A DNA stretch of 51,558 bases, from contig CAIXRF010000020.1 in assembly GCA_903921825.1 (NCBI GenBank), forward strand, positions 1 to 51,558. Direction: 5' to 3'. Numbering within the stretch: position 1 is the stretch's first letter; the number at the start of each line of letters is the position of its first letter. This stretch comes from an uncultured Candidatus Micrarchaeota archaeon. GTDB taxonomy: Archaea > Micrarchaeota > Micrarchaeia > Burarchaeales > Fermentimicrarchaeaceae. The notes beneath the pieces are model-generated. The model was not told the DNA's origin. It did no database searches and was given only the letters and a program-made list of their open reading frames with translations. Of the stretch, positions 42,987 through 51,558 are shown piece by piece. The position numbers were made by a program, and so were the translations under genes.

Positions 42987-43663
42987 TCGTTGTATTCCAG
43001 GTTGTTGAACTCGTAGACCTGTTTCTCTTCGCCCTTCGTTATATACGTGCGGATTATCTCGTCCTTCTCCCCGCTTACGTGTATCTCATGCGCAGGGTCC
43101 ACGAGCGTGAACTCATCTCCGAACTCGAAGGTCACGAATGCGTGCCTCATGCGCTCCTCAGCAACGACCACGACCTTCGCAGTCTGGTTCTCCAGCGCGA
43201 TGAGGAGCGAGCACAGGAATATCGCCTTGTCCATCTCGTCCGCAGCCTTCAGCTCTACCATGTCCGCGGGAGCGAGCCAGAAGTCGAGCGGAAGGAACTC
43301 GTTCTTTATCTCGTCGCGGCAGTATGCATACGCCCGCTCCGCCGCTTTCGGGAAGTCCTTATCATATGAGTATTGGCTCGAGCCGGCAATCAGCTCGTCG
43401 CGCACCTGCAGCACCGCCTTGTCCTCCGGCATTATGAGGGAGCGGAGCTCCGGGATGGACTTGTACTCGCTCTCCTCTATGAGCACCTTATACCTGTCGA
43501 TTATCTTTTTGTAAAGTGCGACCTTGCGCTTGTACGGACCGCAGTCCTCGCACTCCTTCGCCTCAGGCCCGGGCTTCGGCGCCTCGGCTGGCGGCTGGGG
43601 CTTCTTTCCCGGGAATGGGAAGAGCCCGTAGAGTATTATAAAGAGGGGGGCGCAAACTGCCAT
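42980..43663 (-). CDS. Membrane-anchored transglutaminase-fold protein (possibly a non-canonical active site)
   Basis: N-terminal TM helix and Pro-rich linker. Motifs DEMDKAIFLCSLLIAL, RMRHAFVTF and FTLVDPA resemble the Cys/His/Asp blocks. It overlaps the downstream gene by 7 nt. Confidence 0.5.
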   Translation of the reverse strand: MAVCAPLFIILYGLFPFPGKKPQPPAEAPKPGPEAKECEDCGPYKRKVALYKKIIDRYKVLIEESEYKSIPELRSLIMPEDKAVLQVRDELIAGSSQYSYDKDFPKAAERAYAYCRDEIKNEFLPLDFWLAPADMVELKAADEMDKAIFLCSLLIALENQTAKVVVVAEERMRHAFVTFEFGDEFTLVDPAHEIHVSGEKDEIIRTYITKGEEKQVYEFNNLEYNEW

Positions 43664-43711
43664 AAGGATGTTTTTGACGACGGTGCGTATAAAAAGAGCG
43701 CAGGTGCTTGG

Positions 43712-45049
43712 TTGGAACTTTCATTTTATGGCGGTGCAGGCGAGGTGGGCAGGAACTGCTTCCTGCTCGAGGACGGGAACGACGCCTTGCTTCTGGACGC
43801 AGGCGTGAAGCTAGGCGAGCGCGAGGAATACCCGCTCCTCGCCGATGCGAGAATCCGCTCCCTGCGCAAGATTGCAATCTCACACACCCACCTTGACCAC
43901 ATCGGCTTCCTCCCATTCATGTTCAGGAAGGGCTGCAGGGCGCAGATATTCGCGACGAAGCCCACGAGGGACATGACGCAGCTCCTCCTCACCGATTACC
44001 TGAAGATAAAGGAGTCCAGGGAGAGGAAGGCGGGCCACAAGTTTCCCTCCGCGAAGCACGACTTTGGCGAGAAAGACGTCGTGATGGCGCTGAAGCACAT
44101 CCAGCAGGTCGGATACGGCGAGGTCGTGCGCGCCGGCAGGATGAGCTTCTCGTTCCACAATGCAGGCCACATTCTCGGCAGCGCAACCACCCTGGTGAAA
44201 GGCCAGAAGCGCGTGCTCTACACTGCAGACATAAACCTCCGCGAAACAATCCTCCTCGACCCCGCGGAGAAGGGGCTTACAGCCGACGTGCTCATCACCG
44301 AATCCACCTACGGCGGAAAAGCAGACAAAATAACGCCCGTGAAGGAGGCGAGGGCGGCGCTCATAAAATCAATCTCAACCACCCTGAAAAAGGGAGGTAA
44401 GGTCCTCATCCCCTCATTTGCGGTGGGACGCGGGCAGGAGATTATGTTCATCCTCGAGACCTACATGCGCTCAGGCGCGCTCGAAAAAGTCCCGATTTAC
44501 ATCGACGGCATGATACTGAAGGCGAACCGCATCTACCGGCAGAATGTGATTGACTGCCGCAGGGAGATACAACTGAGAATCCTGATGAGCGAGGAAGACC
44601 CGTTCAAGTCCCCGCTGTTCAGGGAGCCGAGCGAGAGCAGGAAGGAGGTCTACCGCGAAGGGCCTGCGATAATAGTGACAACTTCCGGGATGATGACGGG
44701 CGGCCCGGTGATGGACTACTTCAAAAGGCTTGCCGGCGATCCGAAAAACAAGCTGATTCTCGTCGGCTACCAAGCTGCTGGCACGCTCGGCAGGCGCGTC
44801 CTCGAGGGCGAGAAGGAGATAGGCTTCCACGAGGAGCTCGTCCGCGTGCGGATGAGCGTGGAGAACATTTCCCTTTCGGCGCACGCCGACCACGCGCAAC
44901 TGGTCGAGTTCGCAAGAAGCGTGAAGGGGCTGAAGAAAATCTTCATAATCCACGGCGAGGGAAAAAAGCCCCTTGAGCTTGCCGACGACCTGCGCAGGCC
45001 CGGCCTCGAGATAATCATCCCGAAGAACGGGGAGTCTTACAACTTATAG
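43712..45049 (+). CDS. Beta-CASP family metallo-beta-lactamase RNase (aCPSF2-like)
   Basis: ISHTHLDHIGFLP (HxHxDH) and beta-CASP motifs. The start is TTG 43712 (M-ELSFYGGAGEVGRNCF), about 20 nt after the TATA gtataaaaag. The longer ORF from 43373 would overlap the divergent gene. Confidence 0.85.
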   Translation: MELSFYGGAGEVGRNCFLLEDGNDALLLDAGVKLGEREEYPLLADARIRSLRKIAISHTHLDHIGFLPFMFRKGCRAQIFATKPTRDMTQLLLTDYLKIKESRERKAGHKFPSAKHDFGEKDVVMALKHIQQVGYGEVVRAGRMSFSFHNAGHILGSATTLVKGQKRVLYTADINLRETILLDPAEKGLTADVLITESTYGGKADKITPVKEARAALIKSISTTLKKGGKVLIPSFAVGRGQEIMFILETYMRSGALEKVPIYIDGMILKANRIYRQNVIDCRREIQLRILMSEEDPFKSPLFREPSESRKEVYREGPAIIVTTSGMMTGGPVMDYFKRLAGDPKNKLILVGYQAAGTLGRRVLEGEKEIGFHEELVRVRMSVENISLSAHADHAQLVEFARSVKGLKKIFIIHGEGKKPLELADDLRRPGLEIIIPKNGESYNL

Positions 45050-45505
45050 TCCTCTCCTCGTAAATCTCGCGGCGGCAAACCCTATTGGCGCAAGCAGCAC
45101 CGCCCCAACCAACATGAACGAGGCGCCCATAACCATAGTCAGCATCTCCAGGATGCCGACACCATTGCCGGAAAAATGCAGCAAGAGCAGTGCCGGCATG
45201 GCAACTGCCGTGTTCGCAATCGCAGCTAATGCCCCTGCAATCAGGGCGTTGAGCGGACCGCTGTTTTTGATTACCCGCTCAGTCCTCCATCCCACATATA
45301 AAAGAGCAGCGACATTGAGCCAGGGGGTGATGAGGCACGCTAGGGGCCCCTGCCATACCTGCAGCGCAGCTGCGCCACTGCCTAGCGCCCCGGCAGCGAA
45401 AGCCACAAAAGTGAACGCCAGGCTCTCAAACCAGACGACCAGCCAGAGCAGCGAGAATACTGGATGAGGGGCTATTGCGCGAAGATAGTCACGGATGGCT
45501 GCCAC
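45044..45505 (-). CDS. Hypothetical polytopic membrane protein
   Basis: 153-aa ORF with four or five hydrophobic helices. Confidence 0.45.
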   Translation of the reverse strand: MAAIRDYLRAIAPHPVFSLLWLVVWFESLAFTFVAFAAGALGSGAAALQVWQGPLACLITPWLNVAALLYVGWRTERVIKNSGPLNALIAGALAAIANTAVAMPALLLLHFSGNGVGILEMLTMVMGASFMLVGAVLLAPIGFAAARFTRRGL

Positions 45506-45555
45506 GCCATTGACTAGGCACGGGCTGATATTTATAGATTGGCGGCAAAGCAGAT

Positions 45556-46896
45556 TTGATGCCCGACTTGGGGAAATTCCTGAAAAGATGCGACGAAGTG
45601 CGCGCGAAAATCGAGCTGATGGAATCGCCGCTCATCGTGAACCACTACGATGCGGACGGGCTGGCAGCTGGCGGGCTTGTCGCCAAGGCGCTGCGGAAGA
45701 TGGGGAAGAAGTTCGAGGTCCTCACGACGAGGAAATTCGGCGAGGAGGAGATCCAAAAGCTGAAGGGAAGGCGGGAGATCATCCTTGCCGACCTTGGGGG
45801 AGGGCAACTGGACTTCGTGGAGAAGCTCGATGCAAACATCGCAATCATCGACCACCACCAGACAAGGGAGTCGAAGATTCTGCAGACGAACCCGCACCTC
45901 TTCGGCTTCGATGGCGGGAGCGAGCTGAGCGCAGCAGGCTGCGCCTATTTCGTCTTCAGGGAGGTTGACCCTTCGCTTGTGAAGCTGGGGATTGTGGGCG
46001 CGATGGCGGACATGCAGTTTCCGCTCATCGGATTGAACAGGAGGATGCTAGAGGAAGGAGTTAAGAACGGGCACGTCGTGGTTTCAAAGGACCTCACGCT
46101 TTTCGGCAGGGTGAGCAGGCCGCTCGTCTGGTTCCTTCAATATTGCACAGAACCTTACCTCCCCGGGCTCACGGGAAGGCAGGCGCATTGTGCGCAGTTC
46201 TTCGAGGAGCTTGGAATCGAGGTGAAGGATGCGGAAGGCAAATGGCGGAAGTATTACGAGCTTCCGCGGGAGGAGAAGGTGAAGGCAGTTTCAGGCCTCG
46301 CCGCATACCTCTATTCAAAGGGCGTGGACGAGCCGGCCATCCGCAGTCTGGTAGGTGAAACTTACAACTTCCCTGATGAAGTGCAGGGGACTGAGCTGAG
46401 CGATGCGAATGAGTTTTCAACAGTCCTGAATGCGTGCGGCCGGCATGACAAGCCCGAGGTCGGAGTGGGCGTGTGCCTCGGAGATGCGGCAGCAGTCCAG
46501 GAGGCGCAGTCGCTCCTCCTCCTACACAGGAGGCAGTTGCGCGCTGCGGTGGAGTTCGCGAGCGAGGCAGTGGAGGATTTCGGCGCGTTCCACTTCCTTG
46601 ACGGCCGCAGCGTTATTGATGACGGAATCATCGGCGTTGTCGCAGGAATGCTCTACAGCAGCGCAATCTCGCGCGACAAGCCCATCCTCGCGCTCGCGCT
46701 GAACGAGGAGAAGCAGGTCAAGGTTTCGGGAAGGGCGACGAAGAAGCTTTGCGAAAACGGAGTCAATCTCGGGAAGATGCTTTCAAAAGCGACTGAAGGC
46801 ATAGGTGCGGGCGGCGGGCACAACATTGCGGCGGGCGCGCAGGTGGAGCCCGGAAGAGTGAATGAGTTCCTGCTCAGGGCCGGCTCCCTTATCTGA
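45556..46896 (+). CDS. DHH-family RecJ/Cdc45-like (GAN-type) protein
   Basis: DHH motifs NHYDADGLAAG, ILADLGGG and IIDHHQ, followed by a DHHA1-like C-terminus with GGGH. Confidence 0.8.
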   Translation: MMPDLGKFLKRCDEVRAKIELMESPLIVNHYDADGLAAGGLVAKALRKMGKKFEVLTTRKFGEEEIQKLKGRREIILADLGGGQLDFVEKLDANIAIIDHHQTRESKILQTNPHLFGFDGGSELSAAGCAYFVFREVDPSLVKLGIVGAMADMQFPLIGLNRRMLEEGVKNGHVVVSKDLTLFGRVSRPLVWFLQYCTEPYLPGLTGRQAHCAQFFEELGIEVKDAEGKWRKYYELPREEKVKAVSGLAAYLYSKGVDEPAIRSLVGETYNFPDEVQGTELSDANEFSTVLNACGRHDKPEVGVGVCLGDAAAVQEAQSLLLLHRRQLRAAVEFASEAVEDFGAFHFLDGRSVIDDGIIGVVAGMLYSSAISRDKPILALALNEEKQVKVSGRATKKLCENGVNLGKMLSKATEGIGAGGGHNIAAGAQVEPGRVNEFLLRAGSLI

Positions 46897-46897
46897 G

Positions 46898-47818
46898 CTA
46901 CTTCTCAATCCTGTCGAGCACCAGCTTCACGCGTTTCCTGCTCTCCTCGTTCACGAGTTCTGGCGTGGAATTCTTGCGCGCCCTGTCATATAACTCCGGG
47001 TCGTACGGGTAGACCAGCCAGTCCCTGCCAACTGGCGCGATTATGTTCATTCGCCAGTCGTAGTCGTGCTCCATGAACTCCTTTGTCGCAGGAGCCAGCT
47101 TGTCAATAATGCGCGCATTGGCGCCGTCTACATTCACGCCAAGGTCCGCAACCTTATCAACCAGATACGACTGCCTGCGCATCAGGCCGTTCAGGTCCGT
47201 GTTGGTCGGTTCGAGGTGATACCCGGGATGTGAGTGGAATCTACCCACGAACTTCTCCCCGGGCTTGAGCACGAGTTTCTTGAGCGGAAGCTCCAGCATG
47301 CGCGGAACCACGTTCGATTCCGTGCACGTAAATGGAGGAACGAAGACGTGGCTCGTGGTTATCTCGCCATCCTTCTCAATGCCCCAGATGTCCGCGGGTA
47401 TCTCAAGGGTAATGGCATTGCCGCCGATTCCCTGGTTGGCGGATATCTCCTTCAGCATCTCAAGCTTGAGCCACTCAAGCTTCCGCACGTTTATCGTTTT
47501 CCCATCCACCACATATTTGCGCACAACGTCCTCGGGGTTCTTCAAGCCCTTGTCTAGTATGGCATTGTCAAGCCGCCCGAATGCAGCCACAATCAGGTCC
47601 CGGTTTATCTCCGCAATCGTCTCGGTGTCATCGGAGTTCTTCGCAACTCCCGCTTCAAGACGGGGCACGTCATAACTCCTTCCATCGAACGAAAAGGCCG
47701 CAACGCTTTTCCCGCTTTTCAGCTCAACAAGCGTGACCGTCGGCTTTTCCACCATCGGCTCCACTGGGGCGATGATACGCGGCTTCTTGTGCGCGACGCC
47801 ACCCATTTCTCCCGCCAT
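46898..47818 (-). CDS. MPN+/JAMM metalloprotease-domain protein with a ~200-aa N-terminal extension
   Basis: FHSHPGYHLEPTNTD fits the JAMM motif HxHx7[ST]xxD. No motif was recognised in the N-terminal two-thirds. Confidence 0.65.
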   Translation of the reverse strand: MAGEMGGVAHKKPRIIAPVEPMVEKPTVTLVELKSGKSVAAFSFDGRSYDVPRLEAGVAKNSDDTETIAEINRDLIVAAFGRLDNAILDKGLKNPEDVVRKYVVDGKTINVRKLEWLKLEMLKEISANQGIGGNAITLEIPADIWGIEKDGEITTSHVFVPPFTCTESNVVPRMLELPLKKLVLKPGEKFVGRFHSHPGYHLEPTNTDLNGLMRRQSYLVDKVADLGVNVDGANARIIDKLAPATKEFMEHDYDWRMNIIAPVGRDWLVYPYDPELYDRARKNSTPELVNEESRKRVKLVLDRIEK

Positions 47819-47854
47819 GCCTTAAGCCGCGAAGTCCGGATATATAAAAGCGGC

Positions 47855-48505
47855 TCAGAATTCGCCGAGCTTCCTCTGCTTCAGCCTCTCGACCGTCTCC
47901 CATCTGATGCGCACGTACTTCTGGACAGCCGGGACGTGCATGTTGGACTTCAGGAACTCAATCGTCCTCTCGTCGCTGGAGTAGCCGCTCCCGAAATCGT
48001 AGCCCAGCTCCTTCTTTATTCCCTCAATCGCCGCGTCGCGCTCCACCTTCGCGATGATAGACGCGCCGCTCACAACAGGGTAATTAACGTCCGCCTTGTG
48101 CTCGGACTGGATTTCGAGGTCGCGCTTCAGGTATTTCCTGATGCGCTGCTCGAACCTCTTCGCCACCGTATCCGGCGAATCCGCGATAATCTTCTCCGGA
48201 TGGTGCGTCATCTCGGAAAGGAGCTCGGCAATCTTCATCGCCTCAATCTCGTTTAGCGAATGGCGCCTCATGAGGTCGTTCAGCTGCTTCGCGGTTATGT
48301 GGATGCAGCGCGCCTCGACGCAAATGCCCTTCACCTGGCTGTAGAGCCTTTCGCGCGCAGAAGGGGAGAGAAGTTTCGAATCCTTCGCGCCAATTGCCTT
48401 CAGCTCAGGCTCGCGTTCCTTCTCAACTACCGCGATGCAGATTACGAGCGGTCCGAGCACGCAGCCGCGCCCGGCTTCGTCGCAGCCCGCGATGAGCGTA
48501 GGCAT
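47855..48505 (-). CDS. rnhB: Ribonuclease HII
   Basis: Motifs GCDEAGRGCVLGPLV, ADSPD and ASIIAKVERD. Confidence 0.93.
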   Translation of the reverse strand: MPTLIAGCDEAGRGCVLGPLVICIAVVEKEREPELKAIGAKDSKLLSPSARERLYSQVKGICVEARCIHITAKQLNDLMRRHSLNEIEAMKIAELLSEMTHHPEKIIADSPDTVAKRFEQRIRKYLKRDLEIQSEHKADVNYPVVSGASIIAKVERDAAIEGIKKELGYDFGSGYSSDERTIEFLKSNMHVPAVQKYVRIRWETVERLKQRKLGEF

Positions 48506-48559
48506 TAAACAGCTATGGAAATTGGTGCTTTAAAAGAGGGAGGGAAAAAGAAAATCCGC

Positions 48560-48850
48560 TCAGGCGCCGATTGCTTTCTTGTCGAGTATTATGTAGTCGC
48601 TCACGGCGAGGACTGCGCTGTACGGTATGGACAGAAGGCCGTCTTCCTTCTTCATCCGCCGTGCGGTCGCGCTGTCCGGATTCGGCTCCGCGAGAAGGGT
48701 CGTGATTTTGCCGGTCGCCTCATTCGCGACGACATCCACGAGCCTGGCCAGGCCCTCTCCGTCGTTGAGGACCATCAGCTTCCCCGCGAGCTGCCTTGCT
48801 ATGACGAATTTGCCCACGAAAACCACCTTCGAAACGGGATTGTTTCGCAT
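48560..48850 (-). CDS. PRC-barrel domain protein
   Basis: The segment GKLMVLNDGEGLARLVDVVANEATGKITTLL is PRC-like. ATG 48850 is preferred because the alternative ATG 48871 sits inside the TATA (gcatataaatagc). Confidence 0.6.
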   Translation of the reverse strand: MRNNPVSKVVFVGKFVIARQLAGKLMVLNDGEGLARLVDVVANEATGKITTLLAEPNPDSATARRMKKEDGLLSIPYSAVLAVSDYIILDKKAIGA

Positions 48851-48909
48851 AGGGCTTTGACGGCAGCGCATATAAATAGCTTTCGTAATACAGTTATCGA
48901 ATTGTCGGT

Positions 48910-50082
48910 TTAGGGCTGCTCCCAGTAAATCTCGTAATACTCATAGGGAGAGCCAGGCAGCTCGATGCGCCTCACGCGGTAATACGTGACGCTGGTCTCC
49001 CTGTCCGCAATCGCAAGAATCAAGTCCAGCCCCAATTTCTTCGCCTGCTCAATCGCATCCGCAAGCTCCGCACCGCCGATATACTCCTCCTCCGAAAGGG
49101 AGAGCATCACGAAGTGCGGCTTGTCCTCCTTCGGCGTCTCAATCCCACCCTGCTTCCGGTGGTATAGGAGAAAATCGAGCTTCACCTTCGCCTTCTTCTT
49201 GCCGCTCCTCCCAGGGATTGCCAGGATGAACGTCTTCTTCACGGAATGCGCGACGCGGATTGCGCGCGCCCACTCGGAGATAATCATCTTCGCCCGGCGC
49301 GGGAAAACGTGGATGACGTGCTTCGAATGAATCCACTCATCCGCGTCGCGCGTCGGGGACGCACCCGGAAGGTAGAGGCGGAAGTGCGTGCCGAACTTGA
49401 ACCCAGTCTTCAGCACGTAGCCGCGCATCCGCCAGTCCTCATAGACTTCGTACATGGCGGGGAAGTCCGGCCTCCTTTTCTTCGCCCATTTCACCACGTC
49501 GGATTTGGATGCGTTCCTCAGGCCGAGGCCGCAGTGCTTCATCATGAAAAGCGTTTCGTAGGCGTCGAGCTTGCTTATCCTCCCGCGCTGCTCCGCCTTG
49601 TATGAACCGAACTGCCCGAGCCAGTAGCGGGAGTAGAGCTCCTTCCCGACCGTTTCCTCATCGATGATGGTCATCAAGTCCTCCGGGAAGAAGAGGCCTT
49701 GCACGGCGTATTTCGGCGGGGAGAACTTTCCCGGCGGGTATTTCTTCATGGGGTTCCTCCCGTATTTCCCCTCCGCTTCCTCAATCGGGCGTGCGACAAG
49801 CCCCCTGTCGCGCCAGTCCTTATACGTGTGGTAGCGCGCCATCAGTTTGGGAGTCTGGGCCTCGAAATGCGCAGCCACGTCGTTGAACCTCAGCACGTTC
49901 AGCGCCGTGTCCGTGCAGAAGCCGTTCCGTATGTCTATCAGGTAAAGCGCCTCTTCGGGCGTGAGGCGGATTGCGCCTTTCCTCATCTCGCCGTAGAAGC
50001 CGTGCGTCAGGGAGGAGACGGATTCCGGCTCGTACACGAGCAGCTCCCCGGTCTCCCGGTCGAACGTCAATTTGACTGCCAC
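48910..50082 (-). CDS. endA: tRNA-splicing endonuclease, single-chain three-unit architecture
   Basis: Central catalytic unit RGYVLKTGFKFGTHFRLY...HSKHVIHV...AHSVKKTFILAI, a degenerate N-terminal unit (YKDWRDRGLVARP), and a C-terminal unit (LILAIADRETSVTYYRV). GTG 50082 avoids overlap with the cupredoxin gene; the longest ORF uses TTG 50172. Confidence 0.85.
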   Translation of the reverse strand: MAVKLTFDRETGELLVYEPESVSSLTHGFYGEMRKGAIRLTPEEALYLIDIRNGFCTDTALNVLRFNDVAAHFEAQTPKLMARYHTYKDWRDRGLVARPIEEAEGKYGRNPMKKYPPGKFSPPKYAVQGLFFPEDLMTIIDEETVGKELYSRYWLGQFGSYKAEQRGRISKLDAYETLFMMKHCGLGLRNASKSDVVKWAKKRRPDFPAMYEVYEDWRMRGYVLKTGFKFGTHFRLYLPGASPTRDADEWIHSKHVIHVFPRRAKMIISEWARAIRVAHSVKKTFILAIPGRSGKKKAKVKLDFLLYHRKQGGIETPKEDKPHFVMLSLSEEEYIGGAELADAIEQAKKLGLDLILAIADRETSVTYYRVRRIELPGSPYEYYEIYWEQP

Positions 50083-50123
50083 GCTAGGGTTGGGGGAAAA
50101 TGGGAATAAAAAGAAGGAGGCTG

Positions 50124-50576
50124 CTAGGGCGTGACGGTTATCGTCCCGGTCATCATGCGGTGAATCCGGCAATGATACGTGTACGTGCCGGGCTCCGTGA
50201 ACGTGTATGACCAGCTCTGCCCGTTCGAGAGAAGCTCGGAGTTGAGCGGCTCGCCAGTCTCGCTTGTGACCGTGTGCGCAGCGGAGCCCATGTTAATCCA
50301 GGTTACCGTAGTTCCCACTGTGACCGCGAGCGAATCCGGGGCAAACTCGAAGTCCATTATCTCCACGCTCGCAGCCAGGCTCCCCGGAGTAGGCGTTGCG
50401 GCCAGCGATGCTTCAGGCGTCGCAGTTGGCCTGGGGGTCTGGGTCGGAGTGGGCGTTGCGAGCGGAGTCGCTGTAGGCGTTGGAGTGGGCGTCGGCTGCG
50501 GGCTGCCACCTATGCCAAAGCAGCCGAACAGCAGCAACGAAGCTGCTATCGCGAAAAACACATATGCAAGTTTCAT
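50124..50576 (-). CDS. Lipobox-like blue copper protein (plastocyanin/halocyanin-type cupredoxin)
   Basis: Signal with LLLFGCFGIGGS and a PTPTPTPT linker. Type-1 Cu ligands are in AHTVTS and YHCRIHRMMTG. Confidence 0.85.
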   Translation of the reverse strand: MKLAYVFFAIAASLLLFGCFGIGGSPQPTPTPTPTATPLATPTPTQTPRPTATPEASLAATPTPGSLAASVEIMDFEFAPDSLAVTVGTTVTWINMGSAAHTVTSETGEPLNSELLSNGQSWSYTFTEPGTYTYHCRIHRMMTGTITVTP

Positions 50577-50638
50577 CTGACCACCGGAACTAGTTTGGCT
50601 GCCCTGCTTTTATAACCTCCGCAGCCGGAATTTCCCCG

Positions 50639-51558
50639 ATGATAACCCAGGAGATGCAGACGGTCCTAAGGCGGCAGGGCTACAAGCTCTTCGGAAAGAA
50701 CGCATCCGCAAAGCTCTGCCACTGGACGAAAAAATCTATCTACGGCGAGGGCGTCTGCTACAAGGAGAAGTTCTACGGAATCCGCTGCCACCGCTGCATC
50801 CAGATGACACCAGCAACGGATGCATGCACGCACAACTGCGTCTTCTGCTGGAGGGCGGGAGATTTCTCCAAAATTGAGGTTGCGGACCCGGACGAGCCGG
50901 CAGACGTCGTAGAAGAAAGCATCGCCGCGCAGCGCGAAATCATCTCTGGCTTCGGTGGTGAGGCAAAAGCCGACAAGGTGAAGTGGAAAGAAGCGCGCGA
51001 GCCGAGGCACGCCGCAATCTCGCTGAGCGGCGAGCCCTTCGCCTACCCACTGCTCGGCGGGCTGATTGGTGCGTACGGGAAACGGGGGCTGACAACTTTC
51101 GTAGTGACGAACGGCACTTTTCCGGAAAGGCTCGCTGCGCTGGATGCGCTTCCTACCCAGCTCTACATCTCCGTCGTAGCGCCAGACGAAGCCACCTACC
51201 AGAAGATTTGCGCGCCGCTGGTATCTGATGGGTGGAAACGGCTCAATGATTCGCTGGAGATTTTTTCCAGCCTTGCGTGCAGGCGCGTGGTGAGGATGAC
51301 GATGGTGAAAGGGATTAACATGTCCGGCGAGAAAAGCTATGCGAAGCTCATAGCGAAGGCGGAGCCCGATTACGTGGAAGTGAAAAGCTATATGCACAGA
51401 GGCTCCTCAATTAAGCGCCTCACGCCTTCGCACATGCCCAGCCACTCCGAAACTATCGAATTCGCGAAGGCCGTCGCAACGGAGAGCGGATACGTCCTTG
51501 CCGACGAAAGCGCGCCGAGCCGCGTCGCGCTGCTCTGCAGGGACGAAAAAGCCGCGAA
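50639..51558 (+). CDS. taw1: tRNA 4-demethylwyosine synthase Taw1/TYW1 (radical SAM), 3' end outside the window
   Basis: Hand translation gives MITQEMQTVLRRQGYKLFGKNASAKLCHWTKKSIYGEGVCYKEKFYGIRCHRCIQMTPATDACTHNCVFCWR. This contains the auxiliary Cys cluster and the CxxxCxxC motif. The frame stays open to the window edge. TATA ttttataacc lies at about 50609. Confidence 0.88.
   Translation, partial: MITQEMQTVLRRQGYKLFGKNASAKLCHWTKKSIYGEGVCYKEKFYGIRCHRCIQMTPATDACTHNCVFCWRAGDFSKIEVADPDEPADVVEESIAAQREIISGFGGEAKADKVKWKEAREPRHAAISLSGEPFAYPLLGGLIGAYGKRGLTTFVVTNGTFPERLAALDALPTQLYISVVAPDEATYQKICAPLVSDGWKRLNDSLEIFSSLACRRVVRMTMVKGINMSGEKSYAKLIAKAEPDYVEVKSYMHRGSSIKRLTPSHMPSHSETIEFAKAVATESGYVLADESAPSRVALLCRDEKAA

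Noticed and set aside
50666-51397. 243-aa ORF on the minus strand
   Set aside because: It is the antisense shadow of the plus-strand Taw1/TYW1 gene. The Taw1 translation has clear radical-SAM and auxiliary-cluster motifs, whereas the minus-strand product is Arg/His/Ala-rich with no motifs.
1-51558. CRISPR arrays, rRNA genes, transposases/integrases, and inteins in polB
   Set aside because: No regularly spaced direct repeats, rRNA-like conserved stretches, DDE or tyrosine-recombinase motifs, or intein blocks were recognised on either strand.

Overview
This window looks like a compact archaeal chromosome segment. G+C is roughly 55-60% by eye (not computed). Genes often abut or overlap by 4-11 nt, and many appear leaderless behind TATA boxes. 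About 60 protein genes can be supported. Most are housekeeping: family-B DNA polymerase, thermosome, class II ribonucleotide reductase with NrdR, CysRS, MetAP, PyrBI, Prs, RpiA, PHI, Tmk, RNase HII, a RecJ/Cdc45-like DHH protein, a beta-CASP RNase, a DRG GTPase and Taw1. There is one tRNA-Arg(UCG), and it carries an intron in the T-loop. A single-chain three-unit tRNA splicing endonuclease, many PT-linker surface proteins and the tight gene packing suggest a DPANN/ARMAN-like (Micrarchaeota-type) archaeon; this lineage call is inference only. No rRNA, CRISPR array, transposase or integrase was recognised. The strongest candidate for something undescribed is a ~1.5 kb strongly AT-rich islet at 13.7-15.2 kb, lying between cobA and the thermosome gene. 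It encodes an orphan proteasome-beta/HslV-like Ntn hydrolase with a large internal insertion and a stop-overlapping micro-ORF. Other items worth a second look:
- the non-canonical tRNA intron with a strict BHB motif, together with its matching endonuclease;
- an nrdR / NrdR-box / nrdJ / cobA module;
- a ~560 bp AT-rich non-coding region at 35.65-36.2 kb packed with TTYCAT...TGGAA dyads;
- a paralogous secreted-domain family;
- two transglutaminase-like plus surface-protein modules;
- an MPN+/JAMM protein with a long N-terminal extension.
All homology calls come from motif recognition by eye. No searches or computations were run.
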